DNA of 63,764 nt, the filler included, from Hyphochytrium catenoides (taxonomy: Eukaryota; Protista; Hyphochytriomycota), in the NCBI GenBank assembly GCA_900088475.1. It is 6 parts of 6 records of this genome, joined end to end, with 100 filler letters (N's around TTAATTAATTAA, not from the genome) between each part and the next. Parts side by side here need not be neighbours in the genome. Positions count along the whole stretch, not along the records: positions 48,112 to 59,609 come from FLMG01002808.1; positions 59,710 to 63,764 come from FLMG01001851.1; 4 more parts are not named here. One strand, written 5' to 3'. Position numbers and translations under genes: made by a program. The notes under the pieces are model-generated. The model was not told the DNA's origin. It saw only the letters and a list, made by a program, of their open reading frames with translations, and did not search any database. Shown here piece by piece: positions 49,570 through 61,802 of the stretch. The stretch's first letter is position 1; each line of letters starts with the position of its first letter.

Positions 49570-52500
49570 CTTCTTTCTCTATTTGTTCTCTCTACGTCTA
49601 TCGACTCCTCGGTCTCTCTTTCTCTGATCTTGTAAGTTAATATAGCCCCAGAGGTATCAGCTCACGCTGAGGAGGAACTTGTGCCTTTCTTGTGCGGAAA
49701 CTTTCTTACAATGAGGCGCCCCTTATCTCAAGGTCATGTCAAGTGGGTTTCTCTCTCTTCTCTTCGTTTTCTTCCTGCTGTTCAACCTCTCTCTCTTTCT
49801 TGCCTTTCTCTTAACCGAATATCATTGACAGGTCGTTGCTGAAGAGAGAGTAGACAACAAGAAGGAATCAGTGCAAGGAGGACAGAAAACATGACAGAGA
49901 GATCGATAACANNNNNNNNNNNNNNNNNNNNNNNNNNNNNNNNNNNNNNNNNNNNNNNNNNNNNNNNNNNNNNNNNAGAGAGAAAGAAGGGTGAAAGAAA
50001 GGAACCCAGAGAGAAAGAAGGAAGGAGTTGCAACGACCTTTCCTGGCATCAACAACCTATTGAAGGCAAACCATCTCTCGTGCGGATTACTAATAGGTAT
50101 AGCCGCCCCTCAGGCCTGCAGCGACAGTAGTAATGATAACAGTATTCACCAGACAGAGTTCGCTAATGGTAGTGTTTCTTATGGCCCTTCGCGGGGAAGA
50201 TAAACAGAGACTCCAATAGTAGTAAAGTACCAATTCCGAATTAGACTTGCAAAGATCCTGGATGCTGCGAGAATTCACGCGCTGTACTGGTGTACAGCTA
50301 CAACATATTTTATCTGAAGGATCACGTGTTTTTACTGTAACGGACAGCGGTGCAACTAATTTCGGCAGGAGTGTAACCTTGGTAGTTTAGGCTTGCCGTT
50401 AAAGGAGAAAGATAGTGGGGCTCAGCTGTTAGTTTCGGTAGCGGTGTGCCAAACAGCATTCGGGAAGAGAGGAGTAAGAAGAGAGAAGCAGCAGGGGCTC
50501 GTAGTACTACAAGGAGGAGGAGGAGCACGACAAGCGTGATGATGAATTACCTTGCGAGACTGTGGGAGAAGGGACGGAGAGGAAGTGCCCAGAGGGGCAG
50601 AAGAGCTAGAGAGTAGCCCACGCGCAGTGCCTCGGATCAGAAGCTGCCGCTGGAGCCTGAATCCTTGATGATGAGATAAACTCTAGAGAGCAACCGGCAT
50701 TTCTACCCAAGAAAGTTCGCCGTGTTTATCTTCGCCTTAAAGTCGAGAGGGAGCTGGCCGCCATCCTGACGTTGCGCCTAATGAGGGAGAGCTTCCTCTA
50801 TTTCAGATGCACGGCTGATAGACAAGTGGATTGAGCCGCACATCGCCAAAGCGTGAACTTCCTCCATGGTGACGGCAAAGAGGAGCACTTCCCCTCCACC
50901 ACTCCCCTCTCCGTTCGTTTGCATTTCATTGGGAGATCTAGTGCCTTTTCTCTCTCGTTATAGATCTCTTGAGTTGAGTTGTTCCTGTTGATCTCTCACT
51001 GTCTCTCTTTCTTTCTGCGTTTCATTCCGAACCCTCTCTGTCTGCTAACCTTTCCCAGTTGTTCTCTCTTCTCCTCTTCTCTTCCCTACTTCCCTATCAT
51101 GACTCCACCGTTACGTATCCCGAGGCCGATCAAGAGGCTACTTCTTTGCCGACGGTCCGTTCTCCCTTATACTTGTCTCTGACTCACTCCAGTGAGGTCA
51201 CAGAGGTGACTTCTTGTTCTTTTTCTGCCCTTTCCTCAGTCTCTGTCACCAAAAGAAAGATTTTTGAAGGTAGATTATCAATAAAACTATAAGCTCTCTA
51301 AATTGAAACGAAAGAATAAAGGAAAGGACCAGCAAGGGGAGGAGGAGGAGGACAGGAAAGAGTGACGGGTGAGTACACTTTCAGCAAAATATAGAGCTTT
51401 CAACGACTAAGCAGAACCAAGAGAAATAGCAGAGGAAGAGGAAGAGGAGCCGAAAGAGCGGAGAGAAGCATGACGGTGCGGTCAGTGCGATAGAAGAAGG
51501 AAGGAGAAAGCTCTTCCCAATGATGGAAGACGTGGTTGCTTATGGCCACAGTTATTCCGATATCAAACCTATATAAGAAAAAAAGGGAAGGTGGATAGGA
51601 GAGGAAAAGGAAGACACAGCAGGAGCCTTTCAGCAGGGCACGTAAGTGACGTAAACCTCGAAGTCAAGGAGTAGAACTGGTAAGAGTATGAAGTAAAGAA
51701 TTTAGTACAGAGGAGACACAGATAATAAGCATACAGTGGAGAATGAATGAGTGCAATGAATGGAGGGGAGAAACAGAAGAAGTGGTCAGGATCCCGGAGG
51801 CAAAAGGCCAGCAAGATAGGAGTGTGATGGGAAGAACAGAAGAGCTTCTGCTTGACAGTTGAAGCTGAAGAAAAGGATGACAAAGTCCGAACGAGAGGAG
51901 GAGCTCGACGAAGGAGGATGATGGGTCCGTTGCCTCAACTCTGCCATGCAACCAAGGAATGGAGCAGAGGCAGCGTTGTTGGCCCAGGAGTTGTGCTCTG
52001 TTATTTGTCATGTACAGTCTCAGTTCTGGGCAGTGTTCTCCAAACTTTCTTGGTGCATCATTCGCCTTGTTTCCGGTGGATCTCCCCTTTATGATCTCTA
52101 TTGTCCGCCTCCTATTCCCGACCTTCATAGATGATCTTGTCTTCTACAGGAAGCCATTTCATAACTATCTAAGAAACTTCTTTAGGGGAAGACAAAGAGG
52201 AGAAGAGACATAGAAGTGAACGTACGCATTGAAGTCAGATGGCACAGCATCATAAAGAGTTAAAGATGCTCTTTCACTGATGACGTACTACGGACAAGCT
52301 CTCTTTCTCTCTCTCTCTCTTACCTGGCCGCTCTTTCCCTGACCGATTTATAAGTTTTTATCCCTTCTGTCTGTGGTTATTCTGTTCTCAGTCGTTCTCT
52401 GCCTTGCATCCTTGCGCCCTCTTCTCCTTCTCTCCCACTCTTTCTCTCGTTCAGCTGATGCAGAGAAACTTAAGCTCCGAAATTTCTGCGGCGTATCTTC

Positions 52501-52840
52501 TTTCCTACGGTCAGCTCTTTGGGGCACAAGAGATTCGACAAAACATATAGTTTTCCTATGGAAGGATTGGGAGCTTCTAGATAGGGGAAATCAACCTCTA
52601 AAAAGTGAAACATTTCAAATGGAAGCTTTCTTGTCGCCTCGCTCATCCAATCATTCCTTCCCCGCTCCACTGGCACGGGTTCGGAAGGGTTATTATTCGG
52701 TATGCTTCGTTATTCTAGGGCATAGATGTTATAGCAAATCTTGAATATCCAAAATTATTACTTTCTGATCGTTGGTTTGGCCAGACGGTTTATTCTCGGT
52801 CCGTACCTCTTCGGGTGGTGTGGGTGGCGGGAGGGGCTTT

Positions 52841-52878
<38 letters not shown>

Positions 52879-53722
52879 TCTCCCTTGTATTTGCACATTC
52901 TTTGATGCTCCACTATCCTTGAAATCCTCCTTTCTATGTTCAACATCTCTCTTCCTTGTTGACATGCGAACTTCATAGAAGATACGCCCACAAGGTTCTG
53001 ACTTCTACCTGGACCGCCTCTCTCAGTCTAGGTCTCCACCTGCAAGTATTCTTATCCTCTCTTATCTTCCTTCCACTTTATCTCTCACGAGTTATATCTC
53101 TCTCTCTTTCTCCCCATCTCTTTGCTTTTGTAGAAAGTAAATATATCTCCGCTCTCTCTTTTGCTCTCTCTCGCTGTTCTCTCCTTGATAGCGTATTGTT
53201 TGTTACTTCTTGCCTCCCTGTCGCTTCACGTCGGACTAGAATGTTTCAGTGCTTGCAGGTTGTCAATCAGCTTGAGGCTGACATGGCACTCCATAAACAG
53301 TCATCTCCTCTCGCCAGTCTCCTTAGAAGACTTCCCTCCATTTCTTTCTTCCTTTTACCCCCACTTTCCCCCGCCTACACACAGAAGATCTCCCCTCCTT
53401 GCTCTCTTCCTCTCCTTGTCTCTCTCCGCTGTGTCTCTCTTCTCATTGACCAACTTTGGTTTCTGTGCTTTTCTTCAGGACTTCACCTTCTTGCTCTTCC
53501 TCTCACGCTATCCTTTCGTCTATAGAACTATCTACTCCGTCTATTGCGGCCCGCTTTCTTCATCACTTTATCTTCGGCAGTGAGTCTCGCAAGAGCTCTG
53601 CTCGCACTTGTTTCCCTTCTCGACCAGCCACACTCTTTCTCTATTTCTCCTAAGAAAAAAGCGAGCACCTTTCTAGCACAACAGAGAACCACAACTGCGG
53701 ACAGAGAAAGCAAAGAAGGAAG

Positions 53723-55708
53723 ATGAAGCTCGCTTCTCTCTCTCTCGTCCCTCTCGCCTCTTCTCTCTTTCTCCTTCTCTCTTCCTCTTCTCTGTCTTCT
53801 GCCAACACCCGCCGCCTTGGCTCTCGATCCTTATTCTCTCCCAAGAACACCGAGAAGGCATCGAGTGACTCCAAGGCCGCCTGGGTCTTTGACCACATCC
53901 CTTACCCTGTCAATGAGCAAGACTTCCGGAAACTCTCGGCGTCAAAATGGATAGGCAACCAGAATGGGGATCGCGAGTCGATCGATGTCCGAGTTTTGTT
54001 AAGGACCGGACAGGAATTTCCAAATGGAGGCGTGTTTGGCGGCATTATGGACCGAAATGGCCGTCCGGTCTATAGAAATGCGACTACGGATCTTCGAATT
54101 TATGGTGTCTCTCCCGACTTTTCGTCGTTCCACGATGGTCCTAAGCCGAACCAGTATTGGATGCTCACCCACATCGAGACGCCAGGCCCGGGACAGGTCT
54201 ATAAGACGCTGATCCAGCAAGATCCAGAGACAGGGACCCTCCGCCCTCTCACTACCGAACACGTAGATTTCTCTTCGCTCTCGGGTGTGTGGACACCGTG
54301 CACCGGGTCCCAGACAGAATGGGGCAACCATTTAGGAAGTGAGGAGTACGAGCCAGACGCGAGAGCCTTCCTTGAGGCCAATGACACGAGTATGGACAAA
54401 TATGTCACCAACTATCTCAAGTACTTTGGTGTCTACGAGAATAACGTCACCAAGAGCAACGCTGAGGCCGTGTTCAATCCCTATAACTATGGCCACCCCT
54501 GGGAGGCGGGTGTCGAGAAGGACGGCAAGACTACAGTGGAGAAACGATTGGCGATGGGACGACTAGCCTTCGAAATGTACCGCTGTATGCCTGACAAGAA
54601 GACCTGCTACGGCGGCGATGATGGAGACAACACGATGTTGATTAAATTTGTCGCCGACGAGCCAGAGGAGCTAAGCAAGGGTACAATCTATGGGGCAAAG
54701 TTCTTGCAGAAGGATGATGCCAAAGAAGGAGAGCTCGGGCCATCTCTTTCAATCTCTTGGGTGAAGCTCGGACATGCTGCCGACTGGGAGATCCAGAAGT
54801 ATCTAGACCAGAAGATAACCTTCAACGATATCTTTGAGACGGCGGAATGGAGCGAGGCGGCGGGGTGTCCTGAAGGCTTTCTCTCTGCAAACACTCTGTC
54901 TATCGCTGTGGTAGAGTGCCTTAAGGTGGAGAAGGGCATGGAGAAGGCAGCTGCTTTTCTTGAGACTCGAAGATACGCGGGCATGAAGCGTGTGACTACC
55001 GAGTTCAACAAGATGGAAGGGATTACTTACTCCAAGTCTATGAAGAAGCTCTTTGTTTCCATCGCTAATGTCCGGTATGGGATGGAAGATAAGGCCGCTA
55101 AGGGCAAAGCGACTGACAAGTATGACAGAGGAACGGACAATGACATTCGGCTCCCTTGGAACCCCTGTGGCTGTGTCTTTGCCTTTGATTTTGATGAGAA
55201 GTACAGCCTCACAGGAGGCGCGCCTTACATCTGCGGCAAGCCTAAGGTTTACGGTCCAGCTTCGACCTACGGAAGAGCGCGGGGTGGCTTCTCCAACAAG
55301 TGCGATGTCGAGAACATTGCTAATCCAGACAATATACACTATGTCGAGGAGGCGAAGACCTTATTAATCTATGAGGATACGGACTCGCATACTTCAAACT
55401 CTCTATGGGCCTACCGCACTGACAAGAAAGAGCTCACAAGAATATTGACCTCTGTCTATACCTCTGAAGTCTCTGGCGCGTGGTACCATACCGTTGGAGA
55501 CTACGGCTACATCTTCGTAGCCGTGCAGCATCCCTACTTTGACGATCAAGGGTTCAATCCTCCTGAGAGTGAGTCGCAGAAAGAGTTGCGATACTGTCAG
55601 GCTGGCGTGGAAGGAAATGTGAAGGAGTATGTGGCTGGTAGTGATGATCATAGGGGTTATGTAGCTTACATCGGGCCGCTGAAGGACACGGCTGTCTTTA
55701 GGGACTAG
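53723..55708 (+). CDS. phoX: Secreted PhoX-family alkaline phosphatase (DUF839), intronless, 661 aa
   Basis: Signal peptide plus RRL; CTGSQTEWGNHLGSEEYEPDAR, MGRLAFE, GDDG, AAAFLETRRYA, EFNKMEG, NPDNI, EDT and AVQHP. Confidence 0.9.
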   Translation: MKLASLSLVPLASSLFLLLSSSSLSSANTRRLGSRSLFSPKNTEKASSDSKAAWVFDHIPYPVNEQDFRKLSASKWIGNQNGDRESIDVRVLLRTGQEFPNGGVFGGIMDRNGRPVYRNATTDLRIYGVSPDFSSFHDGPKPNQYWMLTHIETPGPGQVYKTLIQQDPETGTLRPLTTEHVDFSSLSGVWTPCTGSQTEWGNHLGSEEYEPDARAFLEANDTSMDKYVTNYLKYFGVYENNVTKSNAEAVFNPYNYGHPWEAGVEKDGKTTVEKRLAMGRLAFEMYRCMPDKKTCYGGDDGDNTMLIKFVADEPEELSKGTIYGAKFLQKDDAKEGELGPSLSISWVKLGHAADWEIQKYLDQKITFNDIFETAEWSEAAGCPEGFLSANTLSIAVVECLKVEKGMEKAAAFLETRRYAGMKRVTTEFNKMEGITYSKSMKKLFVSIANVRYGMEDKAAKGKATDKYDRGTDNDIRLPWNPCGCVFAFDFDEKYSLTGGAPYICGKPKVYGPASTYGRARGGFSNKCDVENIANPDNIHYVEEAKTLLIYEDTDSHTSNSLWAYRTDKKELTRILTSVYTSEVSGAWYHTVGDYGYIFVAVQHPYFDDQGFNPPESESQKELRYCQAGVEGNVKEYVAGSDDHRGYVAYIGPLKDTAVFRD

Positions 55709-56625
55709 AGAGTGAGAAGCGCCAAGACTGTGCCTCTTTATCGCTAGTTACTTAGTTATTGCCTTATCACCTCCTACACCAACTGGTTTTGATTTTTATA
55801 AAATTAATTATGAACAGCGTCGACTTTCGTTTTTGGTTAGAGAGAAACTGTAGAAGAGTGGAGAAGGGCCCATACTAACGATAATGCTGGGACTTGGCTC
55901 GTCAAGTCCACCTGCCGACCCATCTTGGCTCTTGTCGGAGCACTATTTCTGGACTTGGTGCCAGACTGTGCCTCCAAACACTATTTACACTACCCATGGC
56001 AAAAGCATCTACCACAAATAGGTGGAAGTAACTCGTTGGAAATCTGGCTCTATCTGTTACCAAGCCAGCGAGAAACGAGCAGAATAGCAAAGACACACAA
56101 ATCCTTCCTGCATCTTCTATCTCAGCAGGCTCTACTTCAGAACCGTGCTCTTCTCCAATGAGTTAATACTCTCTTCTGCATCTTTGAATAACCACTTGAC
56201 TTTGCCCATCCACACTTGGTTCAAATTCTATGACTTATTCTGTTAACTCTTCTTGACGCCAGACGTGAGCCAACGAAAAACGGTGAGTTTAAGCTTGTGT
56301 CTCACAATTTCCCACAAAGTACCAGGAAGAAGGTAGGAACATAGCACGCAGCACCTTTAGGAGAGACTTTAGCGTTCAGAATAGCTGCATGAGGAGCTCA
56401 AGAAGCAGATCATCATCAATGAACATCACTTCTCATCATCTTGCAAAGCAAAGCACAAGCGCCAACAAACTTTCATTACAACTTCTAAAGTTGTTGTTGT
56501 CAGAGACTGCTCTTCTAGCGCTCAGGTAAAAATTGCTACTTTTTTTTTAGATTATCTGAAGGAGCTGCACAGCTGTGAGGCAAGCGCTGAACGAAGCAGA
56601 TGTTAGCAGAAGGGGAGGGGGGAGC

Positions 56626-56681
56626 GGTAATGGAGCTGACTCTGGTAATGGAGCTGACTTTGGTAATGGAGCTGACTTTGT
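56626..56681 (+). repeat. 18-bp minisatellite (GGTAATGGAGCTGACTYT) x3
   Basis: ggtaatggagctgactct ggtaatggagctgacttt ggtaatggagctgacttt. Confidence 0.9.
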
Positions 56682-59262
56682 CAAACAGCGCTAGGCAGGA
56701 CCCTGCTCTACTATGAAGCAGATGCAACCAAGAAGAAAAGAGAGATTCTAGACAGCTGGGATAAAAAAGATATATTATGAAGAGGCGAGAACCAGGTAAT
56801 TGAGAGAAAGGGTATATCTAAACGTTCATACAAAGGTAAAAGTAATGGACAATGGGAGGAATTATGATCAAGCGATGATTCAAGAAAAAGCCTATAGTAG
56901 AGACTTATGATGATGCTAATAATCAGACAGCGAATGGTACGCTTGTGCGAATAAGAAGAGAAGACGGGCGTCTGAGGCCTTCCTAGGTGTGGCGGAAGAG
57001 GCGCAATCATGGCGCTGACAGCCAGAGCGTGTGAACTGCTTATTAATAGGGGGAGAGAAGGTCTTTCGTCCTTTGACCTCTGCTTTTTTGCTCTGTTTGC
57101 CCCTTTCTGTGATGTTGCTCCTGCTTTCTTCTTGTTTCTACGTCTACATAATACTTGCTTGTTAACCGCAAAAATCTATTTTAGGAAGGGCCATGCGCTT
57201 CTTTCCTCCTCCCTGCATGTAAGAATAAATAGTAAGAGGAGACCATCAGCCTTGCTATTTTCTCTCAAAAGAAAACAAGCTTTATTGCGGACTGAAGCTT
57301 CTGTGTTGCTTAGCGAAGACGATGAATTTCCTGCTCGCTCGTGTTGTTACTTTCTCTCTGTGGAATTCATACCACCTCAGAGCTCACACCCCTTCGCATT
57401 AAGATAGTGGTCCAGATCATGCCATGATCATAAATGTAACAACATGAACAGATTCTGACATCTACTACCATATCGAGCCAAAGATCTTGGCAGAAACCGC
57501 CATGGTGCTCAACCTTCCCCCAACTTTCTCGTCAAGTCACTGCTAAGGACTTATTGTTAGACTGGAGGAGAGCAAGAAAACGTAGCGAAGAGCCGTCCAT
57601 GTTAGTCATATGGGAACAGTACCCATGAGGCAATCGACTTCTTCCATTTTTCATGTAAGTACTTAATGGTCAGGGCTCTGTTGTTCCTCGTCTGTCTTTT
57701 TAGCGTTGATCGTTTCATCATAGTCGCAGTGGGGGGCCGAGCTAAGTTCAGTCTCCCACCGTCAATGATGCGCCTCTCTTCTCTCCGCAGTCAGACTTAA
57801 ATTTGTCTCAAGATAGAAAGCACCCTAAGAGAACCTATCTTTATTCCCCCACCTCAGTCAGAAAGCCAGTTTCGCTATCGTGTCCACGAGCCTACGTCCA
57901 CAAGTGCCCGAGATATGATGCTGCAATACGTTCAGCACCACAACTCCTGCCACTGCTACATAGTCGTGACGCTCATTCTCGCACAACATCCTGTGGTATC
58001 ACTTCGTCCAGTCTCCGGTCTCCTTTCGCCTCATTAACTCGAACCACCTCTCTTCGTGATCATCATAGGTACTTAACCTCGTCCTTCTCCTTTCTCCCTT
58101 ATTTCTCTTTCTCCAAGTCTTCAAATGGCTTGTTGTCATTTGGCCGTCCATGATTTGACACAAAGACTTCGGTGATTCTCTTGACCTCTCGTTCCCCTTT
58201 CCCTTCTCAGCTCGGGTGTTCCCTTATTTCGCGTTTCATCGCTTTGTGGTTCCATCTCCTTCTCATGTTCTTTCATGAACTCTTCCATGTTAACTCTAGA
58301 GAGCAATGAGTTTGTTAGGAGGGCTGGGCGAGGCCAGAGATCTATCGAGAGACAAAAGACTGACCTATCTCACTCAGTCAAATACCCCTTAGATCATTAC
58401 AGGTTTCTTTCTATCCGCTCATGTAGCTTAATAAGCTCCGACAGAGCTTCAGGCATCGGCATCTACCTCAGTGAAAATTCATCAGAGAGAAAACGACTCG
58501 CATTGAAGAGGGACAAATTGGGTGTATGTATTGAAACAGCAAGCCTCAGTTTAGACAAGTGCGAAAAGGTTCTGCGAAAGCGGAGGTTAAGCCGCTCTAG
58601 AAGTCACTACGAAGATTGGGGGCAATATCTTCCTCCTAAGGTGCAGCAATGGCTGTTGAAGACACTTGAGTGTTGCTTGGGAAACTCCAGAACGAGTTGA
58701 CTGAGCAAAGGTGCCCGATCAGTCCCTTTCGCCTTGAACAGTACACCTATTGTAGAGTCTACCCAAAGTCCTAATGTTACCTATGGGCTAATCACTCTCT
58801 CGTCCTATAGTAAGTCTCTTGAGTGCCAAGTGGGCCAAGTCTTTCTCCTAATATAAACTATAGAACAAATTACTGTAGAGCTTCTACGTCCATTTCTCTC
58901 AAGGACCTTCATTCTAATTTTCTGTTCCTGCTTGCGTGTTTCCTGTTGTAACTCCTACGCTAGTCGTAATGCTTTATTCTACCTAAAATTCGCCGTGATG
59001 ACTATCCTGTCTTTTTAGCTGTAGAAGCTGAGGGTGGGGGTGACAAGTCAGGCGGCACCTGCGGCAGTCGAGAGTTGAGAAGGTTTCGCCATTCACTCAC
59101 TCACTCACTCCCTATTCTGCTGCTGTAGGGAGCGTGGGTGAACGAGTAGGGAGATCCTTTAGAGAGTGTGCCTACCTAGGAAATATCGATAGAAGATGTG
59201 AAGAGCTCCGAGTGTTACAGTAGAACTTGTACGACTAAATCAGTGGTCGAAGCATCTTCCAC

Positions 59263-59609
59263 CAGGGTTTCGAAATTGCATGCAATTTATCATAAGTCGC
59301 ATACTTGCATGCAAATTGTATGCAACGTCACGTGATAATCACGTGTGATACGAATTCCCGATCGGGCTCTTTATTCGCCATCTATCAGTTAAATTCCTGA
59401 GACTATCCAGGATAGTGCGATAATATTCTTTGTTCCTTGTTTTAGATGGCTGAGCAACCCTCCTTGCGATTGTTAGATTTTTTCATTGATGATAAAAGAG
59501 TGACGATATGATTGCCCACTATTATTGGCGAAGGCAAATGACGCTTTCGTCTCTTTGAACATGCAAATCTCCTTTCATAAATCAACCGGTAAGATCGTCA
59601 TCATCATCA
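59263..59609 (+). mobile_element. Probable terminus of a second DNA transposon (CAGGG start, palindrome-rich), truncated by gap
   Basis: CAGGGTTTCGAAATTGCATGCAATT followed by repeated TGCAT/TTGCA and CACGTG palindromes. No partner end is visible. Confidence 0.35.
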
Positions 59610-60159
59610 NNNNNNNNNNNNNNNNNNNNNNNNNNNNNNNNNNNNNNNNNNNNTTAATTAATTAANNNNNNNNNNNNNNNNNNNNNNNNNNNNNNNNNNN
59701 NNNNNNNNNCTTGCCAGCTTGTAGTCCACATAGCTGTGCCCTCAGACTCCAACAGCAAAAACGGAGATCAGTCAATATATTAGGCGGAGGGAAAAGCGGA
59801 GATCGGTCTTTATATTGGGCGGTATTAAATAGCGACTATTTGCATAAACGATTATTTGCATATTTGACATATATGCGACTAATTGAAAAATCGAACCATA
59901 TCGAACAGCATTCTAAGGCCTGCTCGCTTTTTTCGACTATAAAAGCATTTAACATGACCCAAAAACATTACTACTGCTACCTACTTGTTATGAATACCTG
60001 TGTTTGGGACTGCCTATTACTAAATAAGAACCGCAATCCTGAAAGTGCTTCAACAGTCTTCTGCTGTCAATCATCATGTCTCACTTCTTCTTCTGATTCT
60101 GCTCGAGGGAATAGAAATAGAAGAAGGCGTATGCTGCGACGACAGCAACAACCAATAAA

Positions 60160-61618
60160 ATGACTCTTGACGTCGTCTTAAAGCTAGTTGCCTTATCCGA
60201 TGCCTATTGCCTGGAAGAGCTCGAGCGCGGTAGATGCCGAACAGGAAAGCGAAAGCGAGAATACGAAAGTATGATCAGCTTCTTCAAGGCTTTGGCTCTT
60301 CACGTCACGTTGAGTGCGAAGAGAGCAGCAAGGTACACTTCTTGTCAGAGAAGACGAAGAAGCCTGCCTCGCTCTCTTGCTGCAATAGGTCTTCATTTAG
60401 AGTCTCTACAGGAGCGTTATCGTGGCCTAAGACAAAGGCCAGGAGGGCGTTATTACTTCACCAGGAAGGCGCTGTTTGCCAAGCCGCAACTGACTTCCAC
60501 GTGGGTTCGTCTGCGGAAGAATGGAAGTGATACGGATTTTTTGGCGGCCACTGGCATCAATCGGCAAGCATTTTGCATACTGTTGGAGCATTTAAAACCC
60601 CTCTTCGACTCTGCCTCTCCCTTCGGAAGTTCATTATTGCTTCAACCACCTAGACCAGAACGCAGACTATTATCGGCTGATGCTTGTCTGGGGCTCGTGC
60701 TGCACTGGCTCACCTCACGAATGTATCAAAAAAGACTGGGCCAATTATTCTCACTTACACAAGGGACTGTCTCTGTCTATCTGAGGTATGGGATGGCCAT
60801 TTTAGAGGTTGTTTTGTCAAATCTTCCTGAAGCGAGGTGGGGATGGCCGAAGGATGAGACGGAGCTTACCAAGCTCGCCCGTCTTGTCGGGGGCAAAGAG
60901 CCAATATTAAATCACGTCTGGGGCTTTGTAGACGGACTGAATGTGCAAATCCTGGAACCTTCCAACATGGATGAGCAGAACGCCTATTACAACGGTTGGC
61001 TATCAGGCCACGTACTGCTCGCAGGTCATTCTTTTCGCAGCTGATGGGACTATAGCTTACGCTATATTGAACATGCCGGGTTCTTTTCATGATGCTAAGG
61101 TGGCTAGAGAAGGTGGACTATGGGAGGCCCTTAGGGCCATTCCGCGACCATTCGCCATCGTTGCTGATTCCGCATTCCCGGCTGCTCCCAAGAACGACCC
61201 TCTCCTTTACGGAAAACTTCTCCGGGTTCGAAAGGTGAATGAAACCTCAGAATATGTCGCTTCAGCTGATGCTGAGGCCATAGAGCGGACTCTGGCGAAA
61301 GCTGTTACTTCACTTAGGCAAGCGGCAGAATGGGGTAAGTAGGCCTTCTAAGAGCAAATGTTTGGGTGTCTATGATGATCAATTATTATGGAAGCCGTGG
61401 CTTACATTTGGTTTCGCAGGAATGAGAGCTCCGCAGGGAGCGTTCCTAGACTCAAGGCTATTCTGACCGTCGACCATCAAGAGCGTTACAGGATCCTTTA
61501 CGTCATTAAGAGGATGCATAATTTTCGTTGTCGTGGTGGTGGGTCTGAACCAAATACCTCCGTCTTCAAAGAAACCCCAGTAGAAGGAGCAAGCAGTGTC
61601 TGTCCTACGATAACATGA
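60160..61618 (+). pseudogene. Harbinger DDE transposase (DDE_Tnp_4-like), frameshifted, one intron at 61335-61419
   Basis: HTH region (LGLVLHWL..LGQLFSLTQGTVSVYL), GFVDG, QNAYYNGW, NMPGSFHD, ADSAFP, RQAAEW|GMRA and MHNFR. Frameshifts near 61006, ~61445 and ~61535. Confidence 0.88.
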
Positions 61619-61802
61619 TGACAGGCCACTAGACCATGTAAACTACTCCACGTTCCGGCACTGATACATTATCGACACTATTAGCTGTACAAGAACTTTT
61701 TTCTTTTATTAGCTGTTTATTAGCTGACCTAGAAGAGTTATAACAACATCATTCCTCCTATTTAAGGCGTTGAGGTTGGCTACAACGAGTGGCTTAATTG
61801 AG

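Noticed and set aside
52743-52750. P1BS-like GAATATCC ~1 kb upstream of phoX
   Set aside because: A single degenerate match is expected by chance in a 4-kb region.
56626-56681. CRISPR-like reading of the short repeats (also 8453-8527 and 59756-59816)
   Set aside because: Head-to-tail tandem units without unique spacers, eukaryotic context, no cas genes.
61000-61012. Programmed frameshift in the Harbinger transposase
   Set aside because: No slippery heptamer, and further frameshifts in both ORFs indicate decay or sequencing error.
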